A stretch of 64,000 nucleotides of DNA from Octopus bimaculoides (Eukaryota): NCBI RefSeq assembly GCF_001194135.2, contig NC_068994.1, positions 40,197,844 through 40,261,843 on the forward strand, read 5' to 3'. Shown here in pieces: positions 51,423 to 63,640 of this stretch. Under the pieces are notes generated by a model. It was not told where the DNA came from, ran no database searches, and worked only from the letters and a program-made list of their open reading frames with translations. Both the position numbers and the translations under genes were made by a program. The stretch's first letter is position 1. The number at the start of each line of letters is the position of its first letter.

Positions 51423-51845
51423 TACATTATTTACATTATTTACATTTGATGGATATTTGTCTTTTCTTTGCTGTAGCTCTACTGTCACTTATAAGACTTG
51501 CCAATTTTTCAGAGTAGTCAGACTTGTTCATCACCACTCTAGCATTTCTCTTGTCCACTGGAAGTATTATGATGGAATTATCACTCTATAGTCTTTTGAT
51601 AGCAAACTTTTTTTCCTTAGTGATGTTTGGTTTAGGAAGTTTTGCTTTTTCTAGTACCTGTCTCAATTTACCCCTTAGTTCATCTCCTTAAACTTTGGTA
51701 TCTTTATGGCTATCTCTTAAATAGGAGCTATTATGTCCAAGTATGGAATACGCTTGATGGTTGTCGCAAAGTTGAGACCTTTGTTCAGTACTGCTTCTTC
51801 AGAGCTTTCTAGATGTCGGCTACTTACATTAATTACTGCTTTTAC
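51423..51845 (-). mobile_element. Penelope-like element, N-terminal ORF fragment joined to a tail
   Basis: VINVSSRHLESSEEAVLNKGLNFA and ILPVDKRNARVVMNKSDYSEKL. The end at 51423-51470 resembles the arm of the 50023 palindrome. Confidence 0.75.
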
Positions 51846-53319
51846 AGGTGAGTGAAGTGTTTTGCTCAAGAGTACAATGTAGTGCCTGGTCTGGAAATCA
51901 AAACCATGAGTGCACCACAACTGCAACATCCCCACCACAAGGCCACCCCACTTCAGGGTTAATACAATTAAATCCTGAGACTGATGTGATCGACTAATAC
52001 TCTCCTAAACTTCTGGCCTTGTGCCTAAATCAAAAATCAAAACGTGTTTATATACTTTATAGTTTAGTCTGAAGAGGAAGAGCAACAGCTTTGACCCTTT
52101 TTTTCAGGGTCTGCAAGTCTGGTTAGAGGTAGGAGAGTTGAAGGAAGGAGAAAGTTATGCTGAAACTTGAGACCAGAAATGAAGGCTAAAGGCAATCACA
52201 GTCCAACTGGTAACATTAAATGAAGCAACAGTTCTTGGTATGAAGTTAACAAATCAAAATTTATATATAATTTATATAAGAAGGTAAGCTTTCATTTAGT
52301 AAAAAAAAAAAAGACATAACTATATTTTGACTTTACTAGAATGGTTCCTCATTGAATAAAAATTTTGCTTGAAACTTCAGAATATTCAGCTTATTTTACT
52401 AACTGTAGAAAATTCATTTTGCTGATACAGACCAGTATTAGTTTTCTTTGAACTCCAATGAGTTAATTTTCCTTCATCTGCTCTGAAGTCAACCAATCAG
52501 CTTATCATCTATCATTTTGCTACATAGGACTTGTGTTAAAGCAATTATTTGCTGTCAGGGACATACATTAAACCAATTATCTTTCCTCAATTATTTGCTT
52601 TTCTATAGACTATTTTAATGTTATAGTAAAGCGAACACTAATATACTTAATGTAGTGAACCAAGAAAATCTAATTGATTAAAATTATAGCTTTAATAAGA
52701 ATACCCAATCATTATCTTAATGACTAATTGTGGCCAAGAAAAAAATGGGAGACAACTTGTGTCTGTCTTAAATCTAATTAATCATTTAAATAAAGACTGC
52801 TCTTCTAATCACTGACTGTGAAATTTTGATGAATTAAAATTTTTTGACTGTTTCATTACATATCCACTTGGCTGTTTGTTTTTCATGCAGTAGGTACCCT
52901 AGGTATATTTACCACCCTGTTGTGTCCATTCCTTTTGTTATAAATTTTAAAAAAACTGTCCAATTGCTATACATAAGAATATTATGGTATTTTCTAAAAC
53001 AATATGTCTATCTGATATGAGAATTGTAATATCATACTTTGAATCAAAACACAAAAATAACTCATTAAAATTTCACAGTAGTCATGTCAACAGGGGTTAC
53101 TTTTCTCCCCTCACTTGCTTGACCTACAAGAAATGGCAACTAAATACTCCTTCACAACTGTCCTATAAGAAGAGACACACTTGATAATATAGCCTTAGAT
53201 ACAATGTGTCTGGGGGAAAAAAGAAGACAGGATTTTTATGTCTGTATTATCTTATGTCTGTAGATTCCCTCAATCGGGCTGACTGAGAGCATAACAACAA
53301 TTTCTCAAATGTATTTGTG

Positions 53320-53665
53320 ATTCATATAAGATATTCTCACCACAATGACGACACGGCGATGACGATGCTGGCAACCACCACCACCACCACCACCACCACC
53401 ATGAACATTATCATCATTGTTGATATTGTCATCATCATCATCGTTGTCATCATCATCATCATCATCATCATTGTCATCACCACCATTGTCATGGTCATTA
53501 CTGTCATTGTCATCATCATCATCATTATCATTGGCATCATCTTCCTCATTGTCTTCTTCATCATCATCATCATCATCCATCGTCATGATCATGATCATGA
53601 TCATCATCATAATCATGATCATCATCATAATCATCATCAGCAGCAGCAGAGGCAACAAGTACAGC
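53320..53665. repeat. (CAC/CAT/CAG)n compound tract
   Basis: Read directly. Confidence 0.9.
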
Positions 53666-54129
53666 AGCAGCTTTTTACATCTACCTTTCTCTATTGGTAT
53701 TGTTTAGACAGCTTTTCTGAGGCAGTTTTTTAATGGATGGCTAGATGCCACTTCCTGCTACTAACTTTTCTAGTCATGCCTTATGACATGCAGAATTATG
53801 ATATACAATACACCTATTTTAAAACTAGGGTGACTGTATGGTTTCAGATATGTCCATCAAACATTAATATTCCCAGTTAGCAATGAGGAATTGTAAATAA
53901 AACAAAATAGGTTATAATGTATAAGCATTGAAATGAACTCATTGGATTCTTCTTACATTTTTAACCCTTTAGCTTTCAAATTACTCTGTCAAATATAATG
54001 TTTTTTTTTTTACCTTGCTTTTAATTGATCAAGCATTATCTTGCAGGTTCAAGATTTTGATGACATTGTAGGGAAGATGTGAAAGGTCAAATTTGGTCAA
54101 TTTAAATATAAGAAAAGGTTGGCATGTTA

Positions 54130-54374
54130 AAAGCATTGTTCAAGCATGGTTGATGCCAGTGCCGCCTGACTGGTACCCGTGCCGATGGCACATAAAAGGC
54201 ACCCACTACACTCTCGGAGCTGTTGGTGTTAGGAAGGGCATCCAGCTGTAGAAACCTTTCCAGACCAGATTGGAACCTGGTGCAGCCTCCTGGCTTGCCA
54301 GTCCTCAGTCAAACCATCCAACCCATGCCAGCGTGGAAAGCAGACATTAAACGATGGTGATGGCGATGTTGTTG

Positions 54375-54430
<56 letters not shown>
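54130..54430 (+). mobile_element. RTE 3'-end fragment with expanded (GAT)n tail
   Basis: Same 3' end as 35445-35640 and 45850-46143. Confidence 0.75.
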
Positions 54431-54431
<1 letters not shown>

Positions 54432-54998
54432 TTAAATATTTGTGCCAGATATGGTTGGTTTAAATTGCAGAGGGTGAAGAAGAGCTGTTGGTGTCTGTTG
54501 CGATGATATTTGCATATAACGGTAGTTTTTGTTTTGTTTTTTTTATGTTTTGGATATATGTATATATGAGCTGTAATTAAATGCAGCCAGGAATTCTGTC
54601 TATGCCAATCTACCATTACTAGTAACTACTCTTTATTTATTTGCTAGTCTTTATATATTGTCCTATTCCTTTCCTGGTTTCTGTTACTACATTGTTGCCA
54701 TGCTGAGGCACCAACATTTTTATTATCTTTTTCATTTTTAGTTGGTCATATTGTCAGTATTAATTATTTCAGTTTGGTATATATTTTATTAGTTTATATT
54801 AGCAGCATTGCGTAATTAAGTTCATTTTGCATGTACATGTTTTCAGGTTCAATCCTACCAGACTTTTACTCTGATCCTGGACTGACCTAAGCCTTGTGCA
54901 TGGATTTAGCAGATGGAAAATAAAAGAAGCCCATCATATACATATAAGTGCAGAGATACATATATGCCCACATATGTACTTACATACATACTCACAAA

Positions 54999-55215
54999 TA
55001 TGAGGAAGTGCTAAAAAGTTCCTGGTTTTGGGTAAAAGAAAATACAGGAGGATCAGTTAATTATGATTTTATTCAACATATTTCCCTCTCAGATTCAAAC
55101 ACTTATTGCAGTGGTCCTCCAGTTTTTCTAAACTCTGTGAAAGAAATTAGAAGGTTAGACCTCAGGCCAGGCCTTTCCTGAAATCCTTAAAGCCAGGAAC
55201 TTTTCAGCACCCTCT

Positions 55216-55219
<4 letters not shown>
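54999..55219. mobile_element. Mariner-derived MITE
   Basis: TA-TGAGGAAGTGCTAAAAAGTTCCTGG ... CCAGGAACTTTTCAGCACCCTCTCA-TA. Confidence 0.75.
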
Positions 55220-55254
<35 letters not shown>

Positions 55255-55357
55255 ATATATATATGGGAGAATTTACGAAAAAAACAACAACAAACGAGGA
55301 CAGGTGGTGTAAACAACAAAAGGATGTATTAGTTTAACACTCGGGAATAGAGAAAGT

Positions 55358-55392
55358 CTTTAACGTTTCGAGCTACGCTCTTCAACAGAAAG
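55358..55392 (-). ncRNA. Hammerhead-like motif with variant core CUGUUGA
   Basis: CUUU-CUGUUGA-A-GAGC-GUA-GCUC-GAAA-CG-UU-AAAG; all three stems pair. Confidence 0.55.
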
Positions 55393-56308
55393 AAGAAATA
55401 AGGAGAAAAACAAGGAGAAAAAAATTTAAATGTCGTGGTCAGTGATCTATCATGGTGACTGCCGGACAGAAAGTTCACACAGGAGAGTTAAGAAAAAGGG
55501 GAGATCTATATGTTTATGTTTGTAGGTATGTGTGTTTGTGTCTCCTTGTCCTGATGTCATGCGATGGTTGAAAGTGAGCATCATGAAAAGACAAGATACA
55601 AGCAGTGTCCTTTGAAACCATTCTAACCATACCATAGGTAAATGATATTTTGCTGAGAAACAGGTAAGGGCTGGAGACAGGATTGAACACCCAGTTGTAG
55701 AAAATCTGCTTCAAAGAATCTTGTCTAACACATGCAAACATGGAAACATATATGCTAAAATGTTGATGATGATGTTGATGATGATGATGACAATGACGAT
55801 GATGACAATTGTGACGAAGATATACTTCCTTTTTTTTTTTTTTAACTAGCACTGTTGTATAGAACACATGAAAACAAAAATGAACATGATTATCTTAATC
55901 TTATAAGTAATAATATTGCTTATTGCTTTTTTTTTTTTTCTGTTCTTCCTTATTACTAAATATTACAATGAATAATATAATTCAGTTTGCAGTTTGAAAA
56001 CTGTTCTCTTAGTTGTACTATAAAGAAATCAATTGTGAGTTGTGCTCCCTGCAGTTTCTGTCATGTATAGACAAAGTAAGAAAAAGAGAGAGAGAGAGAG
56101 AAGGAGAGAGAAAGATAGAAAGAAAAATGATTGTGAGGGAATTTAATGAAACAAAGCAATGATAGCAATATATACATATATCTACAAACATTAACACATA
56201 CATACATGCATGTATACATGTACATATATATATGTTTATACATACATGTGTGTGTGTGCATGTGTGTGTATGTGTGTGTTTATGTATATATATATGTGTG
56301 TGTTTATG

Positions 56309-56370
<62 letters not shown>

Positions 56371-57160
56371 CATGCACAGACACACCAATATAATCATTCT
56401 TGAAATAATTGTAATTTATATTTTTCTAAAATCCATATTTTCTCTCAATGGATATTGATCGATGTTTCTGTATAAATAAATAGAATTTATTGATGGAAAA
56501 TATCAATATTAGTTCATTAATTTTTTTTATTTAGTTGAACTGTTATCCCAAACTTCTAGAAGTTTATAATTTTCTTTGCAATGAAACTCAATAGAAATAG
56601 GCAATAATTTTTTGCTATATTTTCTTTTATTTTCTTGAAAGTGAAAATAATTTTGTTTTTAATTTCAACAACTAAATGAAAACTATACTTCATAGTATTT
56701 CTAAATAAAATTAAAGAAAGAAAATCTTTAAAAAAAAAGACAAAAGTGATTGCATTTAGAAATGTTAAAATTTGTCTCTCATGATATCTAAAGATTTTGG
56801 TGCACCATTTTTGTTTTAGCCATTGGACTACTGTTGGACTAAAGTGCTTCAAGTGTTTTAGTAAAACAGATTGACCTCAGTACATTTTCTTTCCTTTTAA
56901 GTCTGGTATTTATTCTTTCAGAATAAATACCAGACTTTTGCTGAACTGCTACTCCACAGGGATATAAACAAAACAATACCAATTGTCAAACAGGAATAGT
57001 AAGACTAACACTGACACAAAGACACATAGATGCACACACAAATATACATGCACACACATATACACACACAGTTCTAATTCATCGAAAAACGAAGATAAGG
57101 ACAAGTGTATGAACAACAAGCAAGTGTATTAGTTTGACACTCAGGAAAAATGGAAAAGTA

Positions 57161-57196
57161 TTTTTACATATTGAGCTTATGCTCTTTGACAGGAAG
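57161..57196 (-). ncRNA. Decayed paralogue of the 55358 hammerhead-like motif
   Basis: CUUC-CUGUCAA-A-GAGC-AUAA-GCUC-AAUA-UG-UA-AAAA, inside a ~180-bp segment similar to 55265-55455. Confidence 0.35.
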
Positions 57197-57261
57197 AAAT
57201 AAGAGGAAATAGAGTGAGAATGAAAAGAAAGCGCTGAGTTCAGTGGTCCATCATGGCGAAT

Positions 57262-57298
<37 letters not shown>

Positions 57299-57544
57299 TA
57301 TAATTTAGAGAAAAGAACCAAAATTCATGAACTCATCCATGAAAATCTACAGTCACATATAGAAAAAATTAATAAGTAAATACACTATAAAGAAGTGTAA
57401 TAAAATATTTAGTAATAATCATGAAATAGTAATAATAATAAAACGACTACTATATACTATATACTGTGAAACTTAATTTAATTTTAATTTTTGATAAATT
57501 GAATTTAATTGAGTTTTTACCTGTAAATTTGGATTTTTATCCCT

Positions 57545-57575
<31 letters not shown>

Positions 57576-57754
57576 TAGGTGTTATGAGTGAGTAGAGAAA
57601 TGAAAGAAAAAGGCACTCAACACATTTAGTAGGAGTTATATATATTATTCAAAACAGTTTGATTTGACTCTGTGACTTAAAGTTTCACAGGCGTCTAACA
57701 GAAACCCATACACACACACACACATATATATATAAATATACATACATATATATA

Positions 57755-59039
57755 AAGGGGTTGGACAAAATAATGGAAACACCTAGCATCATAGCATCAT
57801 AATTTTGAAATATCTATAAGACCATCAAAAGCTTGTTTATTTTTATGTTTTTTGATTTATTTATTAGTGTTGCTTAATATGTTTTGCTGTTTCTTTTCAG
57901 ATATCATCAGAAAAAGGTAATTAAAATTCATTAAAATGACAGATCTATTGGACTTTCAAAGAGGCCAAATTGTTGGTGCTCGTATGGCAGGCACTAGCGT
58001 AATGAAAACAGCCAAAAGTTTGGTGTATCAAGAAGTACTGTCTCGAAAGTAATGATAGCCTTTGAGAGAAAGGGTAAAACCTTGTTGAAACAAAACTCCG
58101 GAAGTAAACCAAAACTTTTAGATAGGGACCGTCAGACTCTTATGCGAATTGTTAGAAAGGATCACAAAAGTATAGCTCCCAAAATTACTGCAGAGCTTAA
58201 TGACTACCTTGAGAACCCAGTTTCTACAAAAACTGTTCACTGCACAAAGCTGGATTTCATGATGGGGGTGGGGGCTGCAATCATAAAACCACTACTTTCA
58301 AAAACAAATGTTGCAAAGCATTTAGAATGGAGTAAAAACCTACAGAATTGGCCCCTAGAGCAGTGGCAGAATGTTATTTTCTCAAACCTTATCTCCGACC
58401 ACCAGCTGAGTATACGTGTGGAAACAGCCAAAAGAAGCATTTAACTCAGACTACCTTCTTCCAACTGTTAAACATGGAGAAGGANNNNNNNNNNNNNNNN
58501 NNNNNNNNNNNNNNNNNNNNNNNNNNNNNNNNNNNNNNNNNNNNNNNNNNNNNNNNNNNNNNNNNNNNNNNNCACCAGCCCAATGGTTTCCCTTTATGGC
58601 AGAATTAATAGTCAAGACTATTTAAGCATTTTATCTGACCAAATTCATCCTATGGTTGCGCAACTGTTTCCAGAGGGAAACGCAATCTTTGAGGATGATA
58701 ATGTACCAATTCACACAGCTAAAGCTGTTACTGAATGGCGCAAGGAACATTCTAGTGAAGCTGAACATCTTATCTGGCCACCACGGATCTCAATATTATT
58801 GAACATTTATGGTGCATTTTAGAAAAACAAATAGGTAGCTGATATTCTCCACCATCATCACTACAAGAACTGGAGACTGTTTTAGCTGAAAAATGGACAA
58901 AAGTTCCTTTGGAAACAATTCAAACTTTGTACAAGTCCATACTTCGTAGAATTCAAGTTGTAATTACTGCCAAAGGTCGTCCTATCCCATATTAAAATAA
59001 ATTTGTTTGAAATTTTAAGTTGTTTTTCATTATTTTTGT
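57755..59039 (+). mobile_element. Tc1-family transposon, near full length, transposase pseudogene (ATG 57936, stop 58993-58995)
   Basis: Left TIR AAGGGGTTGGACAAAATAATGGAAACACC; MTDLLDFQRGQIVGARMAG; GRINSQDY..IL...; IFEDDNVPIH...WPP. Frameshifted, right TIR eroded, 88-N gap inside. Confidence 0.9.
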
Positions 59040-59094
59040 GTTTGTGTGTGTTTGCATGTTTCGCTAATGTACATTGGCTATGAATATACATTGA

Positions 59095-59132
<38 letters not shown>

Positions 59133-59442
59133 GTTTAGTACTCTACAAATAAAATCCTTTGAAATATTTGTTTCACAATAAGCTACAGACACTTTCCCTG
59201 CATTTTAGCCCTCAAAAATGCTAGTGATTATTCCTCTGAAAATCTGTAATCAGTGACTGTATTGTATTCCAATAATCATATAAAATTACAAAATATTCAA
59301 TCAGCTGCATTTAGCAGTTGTTTACTCATGGGAACATACTATATTTGACAGTAGTATATAAACTGATGATTATTGTAGCTAATCATACAAGTATAATAAT
59401 TATAACCACAGATAATTTATTTCTGCTATAATAATCCTTTCT

Positions 59443-59650
59443 GCTATAGGCATATGGCCTGGATTTTGTGGGAAGGAAGACAGTTGATCACATCGACCCC
59501 GGTGTTTCACTGGTACTTAATTTATCCACCCTGAAAGGATAAAAGGCAAAGTTGACCTCGGTGGAATTTGAACTCAGAACATAGCAATGGGTGAAATACC
59601 GCTAAGCATTTTGCCTGGTGTGCTAATGATTCTGCCAGCTCACTGCCTTT
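59443..59650 (-). mobile_element. SINE family B
   Basis: Reverse-complement match to 28495-28712. Confidence 0.7.
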
Positions 59651-61069
59651 TATTTCTGCTATAATAATGTCATTTTTGCTTAAAAGATGATCCATATGAA
59701 AGTTATGCTAAAATAGAGGAAACAGATGTAACAACATTGCATCATTATGAAAATAGAATCTTTAAAATATAACTCATATCCTAATAAATTTCAACACTCA
59801 CTTTTTAATTCTCTCTCTTTTCATTTAGATTATAATTTTCTTTACTTGTAAGATTAACCATTACTTACAAGTGTTTTCCAAAGTCCTCTATATAGTGATC
59901 CACTTTCAGGATTTATATTGGTGAGATAATAACTTTAAAGTACCTAATGTGATAAGTAACATACTCTTTTTTTCATACCCTTTCCAGATATTCAAATCCC
60001 ATGAATAAAACTGAATACAAATTTCTCTTCCTTGTGGCAATATTAGATATCCTATTTTCTGCTTATAATCAACAGAAATTATTTTAGTTGAAGCAAAATA
60101 AATAAATATGCATAAATAAAAAAGAAAGCTAAAAAAACTAAAAACTAAAAATTGAAAAAAAAAAAATGAAAATTATAAAATGAAATGAAAATTATAAAAT
60201 AAAATGAAAAATATAAAATAAGAAGGGGATAACAAATTTTTAATATTTCCTAGCTCGGAGCTAATAACTAAAATTTACTCTTGTTAAGAAAATCTATAAA
60301 AATAAATTAATTTTGATATGGTAATATTTTTCCTGCCTTTCCTCATTTAATGATAAAGTTTAGATGCCTTAAATGTGATTCATTATGGAAATATTCATTA
60401 TGAAATAAAATATTTCACAACCATTGTAGACAATGAAATATGGAATAGGAATAATTGTAGTATTAGGTTTTATACACTTCCTTGCTCATGTAATTTGCTT
60501 ACATGATTATATGAAGATTACAAATAGAAAATACAAGCAGATCAAGTATGATATTTTTAATATGATGAATATCAGAAACAAAAATAAAGGTAAACCTAGG
60601 ACTGAGAAAATATCTCAAGGTATACGTAATATAAATTGCATTCAAATATTAGAAATTAGCATGAAAATCTCAGATGTGAATGTTCACCTCTTGACCTTTC
60701 CATAATAACATATCCCCTAAGGCTACCCATTTCCTGTAATTTAAATTAGTGTCTCTTAACCAAATGATTTCCAATATATATATGCAGTCCATAGAAGTTA
60801 CCAAATGAACAAGATCTATTGCACAATTTGTCATGAAAAATCTACACAAAGGTCATGCACTCACAGCTAAAGATTTTAGGGTGAATTGTCAGTCATTAGT
60901 GCAATGCATCTATCTACATGTACACTTGCCAAAGCTAATTATGGGAATAATTGAAGAAGTGCATTTACAACCAGAAAAATAAAAAAAAAACATCTTCATA
61001 AAATTTTTTTAAATATCAACAGGAAATGGAGGGGTGGAACTAAAAAAATATTAACTATATATATATATA

Positions 61070-61211
61070 TTGTGTGGTAAGTAGCTTGCTTACCAACCAC
61101 ATGGTTCTGGGTTCAGTCCCACTGCATAGTAGTGTCTTCTACTATAGCCTTGGGCCGGCCAAAGCCTTGTGAGTGGATTTGGTAGACAGAAACTGAAAGA
61201 AGCCTGTCGTA

Positions 61212-61303
<92 letters not shown>

Positions 61304-61502
61304 TTTGTCCCCCCACCATCGCTTGACAACCGATGCTGGTGTGTTTATGTCCCCGTAACTTAGCGGTTCGGCAAAAAGAGACTGATAGAATAAGTACTAG
61401 GCTTACAAAGAATAAGTCCTGGGGTCTATTTGCTTAACTAAAGGCGGTGCTCCAGCATGGCCGCAGTCAAATGACTGAAACAAGTAAAAGAGTAAAAGAG
61501 TA
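61070..61502 (+). mobile_element. SINE family A with long internal (TA)n(TG)n
   Basis: Matches 16816-17227; GTAAAAGA tail. Confidence 0.85.
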
Positions 61503-62489
61503 TATATTTGGCTGTGTGGTTAAGGAGTTTGCTTCCCAACCAAATGGTTTCAGGTTCAGTCCCACAGTATGGGCACTTTGCTCGCCAAAGCTTTATGATT
61601 GGGGTTGGGTATACAGGAAGTGAGAGAAACCATTTGTATGTGTGGATTGATACATGTATACATATGTGTGTGCTTGCATGTGTATGTGTATGCGTGTGTA
61701 TATCTGTGTGTGTGTCTGTGTTTCCTTGTCCTGACATGGCACAGCAGTTATAAACAAACACCACCATAAACAAACAGTGTTGTTTATATCTAATCTTCCA
61801 TTAAAACATGTCTGGCCATGGAGAAATATCTTGCTTAGAAACAGATGAGGGTTGGTGACAGGAATGATATTTGGCCACAGAAAAAAGAAAAGAAAACTCT
61901 TAACTCTTATGACTGACTGGTCTATTTACTGTATAAGTGACCAGGTTACAGAACTGCAATAAAATATTTTAACACTTTCAACTGTCCAATGCTATTCAAT
62001 GCATTTCTTAAGAAGTGAATGAAACTGAATGTATCGATTTTTGCTTGATTTTTAAATGATTAACATACTGACTCGTTCATGATATAATTATTTGTTTATA
62101 TATATACATATATGTATATACATATACATACATATATATATATACACACACACATATACACTCACACATACACATATATGCATACAGACACATAAATAGA
62201 TATATATACACACAAAGGCACACACACATATATATATATATACATACATATATGTATACACACATACACACACACACGCACACACATATAGATAAATAGA
62301 TAGAAAGTTATAGATATATTGATATATACATTTTAAACAAATAATTATATGTGTGTGTGTGTGTACATATACACATGCACATACAGAAATATATATATAT
62401 GTATACATATACACATGCATATTTAGTAATGTGCACATGCGCATACACACATGCACACATAAACTCAACCTTTACTTCCCATATTTTTG

Positions 62490-62930
62490 TCTGTCTTTGT
62501 TGTGCATATCGTGCTCAAATGGCTTCTTCAGCATGCATTCATTGTTCAGCTACATTACATGACATTACTTAGTGTAGTCTTCTCAACTCCTTACACCCAG
62601 TCAGTGCTCAATGTATTTCCATTGACAGTTCAAATGTGCCTCATTACTCAATAACATCCAACTGCTTATTCTTGTCCACACCACCATACATCGTCCATGT
62701 TGAATTCCTATATCTTACAATCTAACACTAACATAATCCTGTGGCATGCATCATACGATATGCTCGTTTGCATTGACAGAGGAACCCTTCTCTTCATTAA
62801 CATATCTTTGAATATTTCCACCCTTGAGTTTACGCTTCATTTCTTGCAACATGGTCTTAATCTCCATACACCGCAAGTTACACATTCTGATATTTTCAGA
62901 TAATACAAGACAAATCCCCAGCTATACTGA
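62490..62930 (-). mobile_element. Old decayed RTE fragment
   Basis: Weak, interrupted similarity to the RT C-terminal frames of the other RTE copies. Confidence 0.4.
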
Positions 62931-63640
62931 CAATATTATGATCAATTCCCCTGGTAATTTGTGCAATGAACTCATATGACCAATACTTTTTGCTCATTTA
63001 ATCCTAACTAAAACAAGACTAGTATTACACAAAAAGTATAAACACTGGATGAACCAAGAGAAAATTTGAACAAAATAATTGTCAAAGTCTGTGTAATGCA
63101 TGTAATATCTCAATTTTACAATATGAATGGAAAAAAAAAATCAAATCCCAAATGAATGGAGGTGATGCTATACAAAAATAAAAGGATAAAGTCCCAAAAT
63201 TCGCCAATTAGATGCAGGCATGGCTATGTGGTAAGAAGGTTGCTTCCTAACCACACGGTTGCAGGTTCAGTTCCACTGCTTTTCACTTTGGGTAAGTGTC
63301 TTCTACTATAGCCTTGGGCCAATCAAAGCTTTGCGAGTGGATTTGGTAGAGAGAAACTGAAAGAGGTTCATTATATATATATATATGTAAAACAAAGTTA
63401 TTTTATTCCACACGGGCAGAAATATACAAGAAATAAGTTGAAAATGCACTGGGATTCGTTTAGAGTTTTTACTTTTAAAGATAGAACTGGTTTCACAGAC
63501 TTCTCTGATTTTCAAAAGTCAAGATAGAAAGATGTAAAGCTGTGCAGTAACTGTCTTGCAAGAAAGTTGGAGCATAGCTTCATGTATCTCTATCACAATT
63601 TATCATTTTCTCTTGTAATCGGCTATGTATTCTATATGAC

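Noticed and set aside
52070-52110. CTGAAGAG...CTTTGAC hammerhead-like string (a similar weak one near 13945-13975)
   Set aside because: No GAAA after stem II and no pairing stems I and III.
60433-60705. 90-aa ORF with a hydrophobic N-terminus
   Set aside because: Very AT-rich with no domain or splice support; expected by chance.
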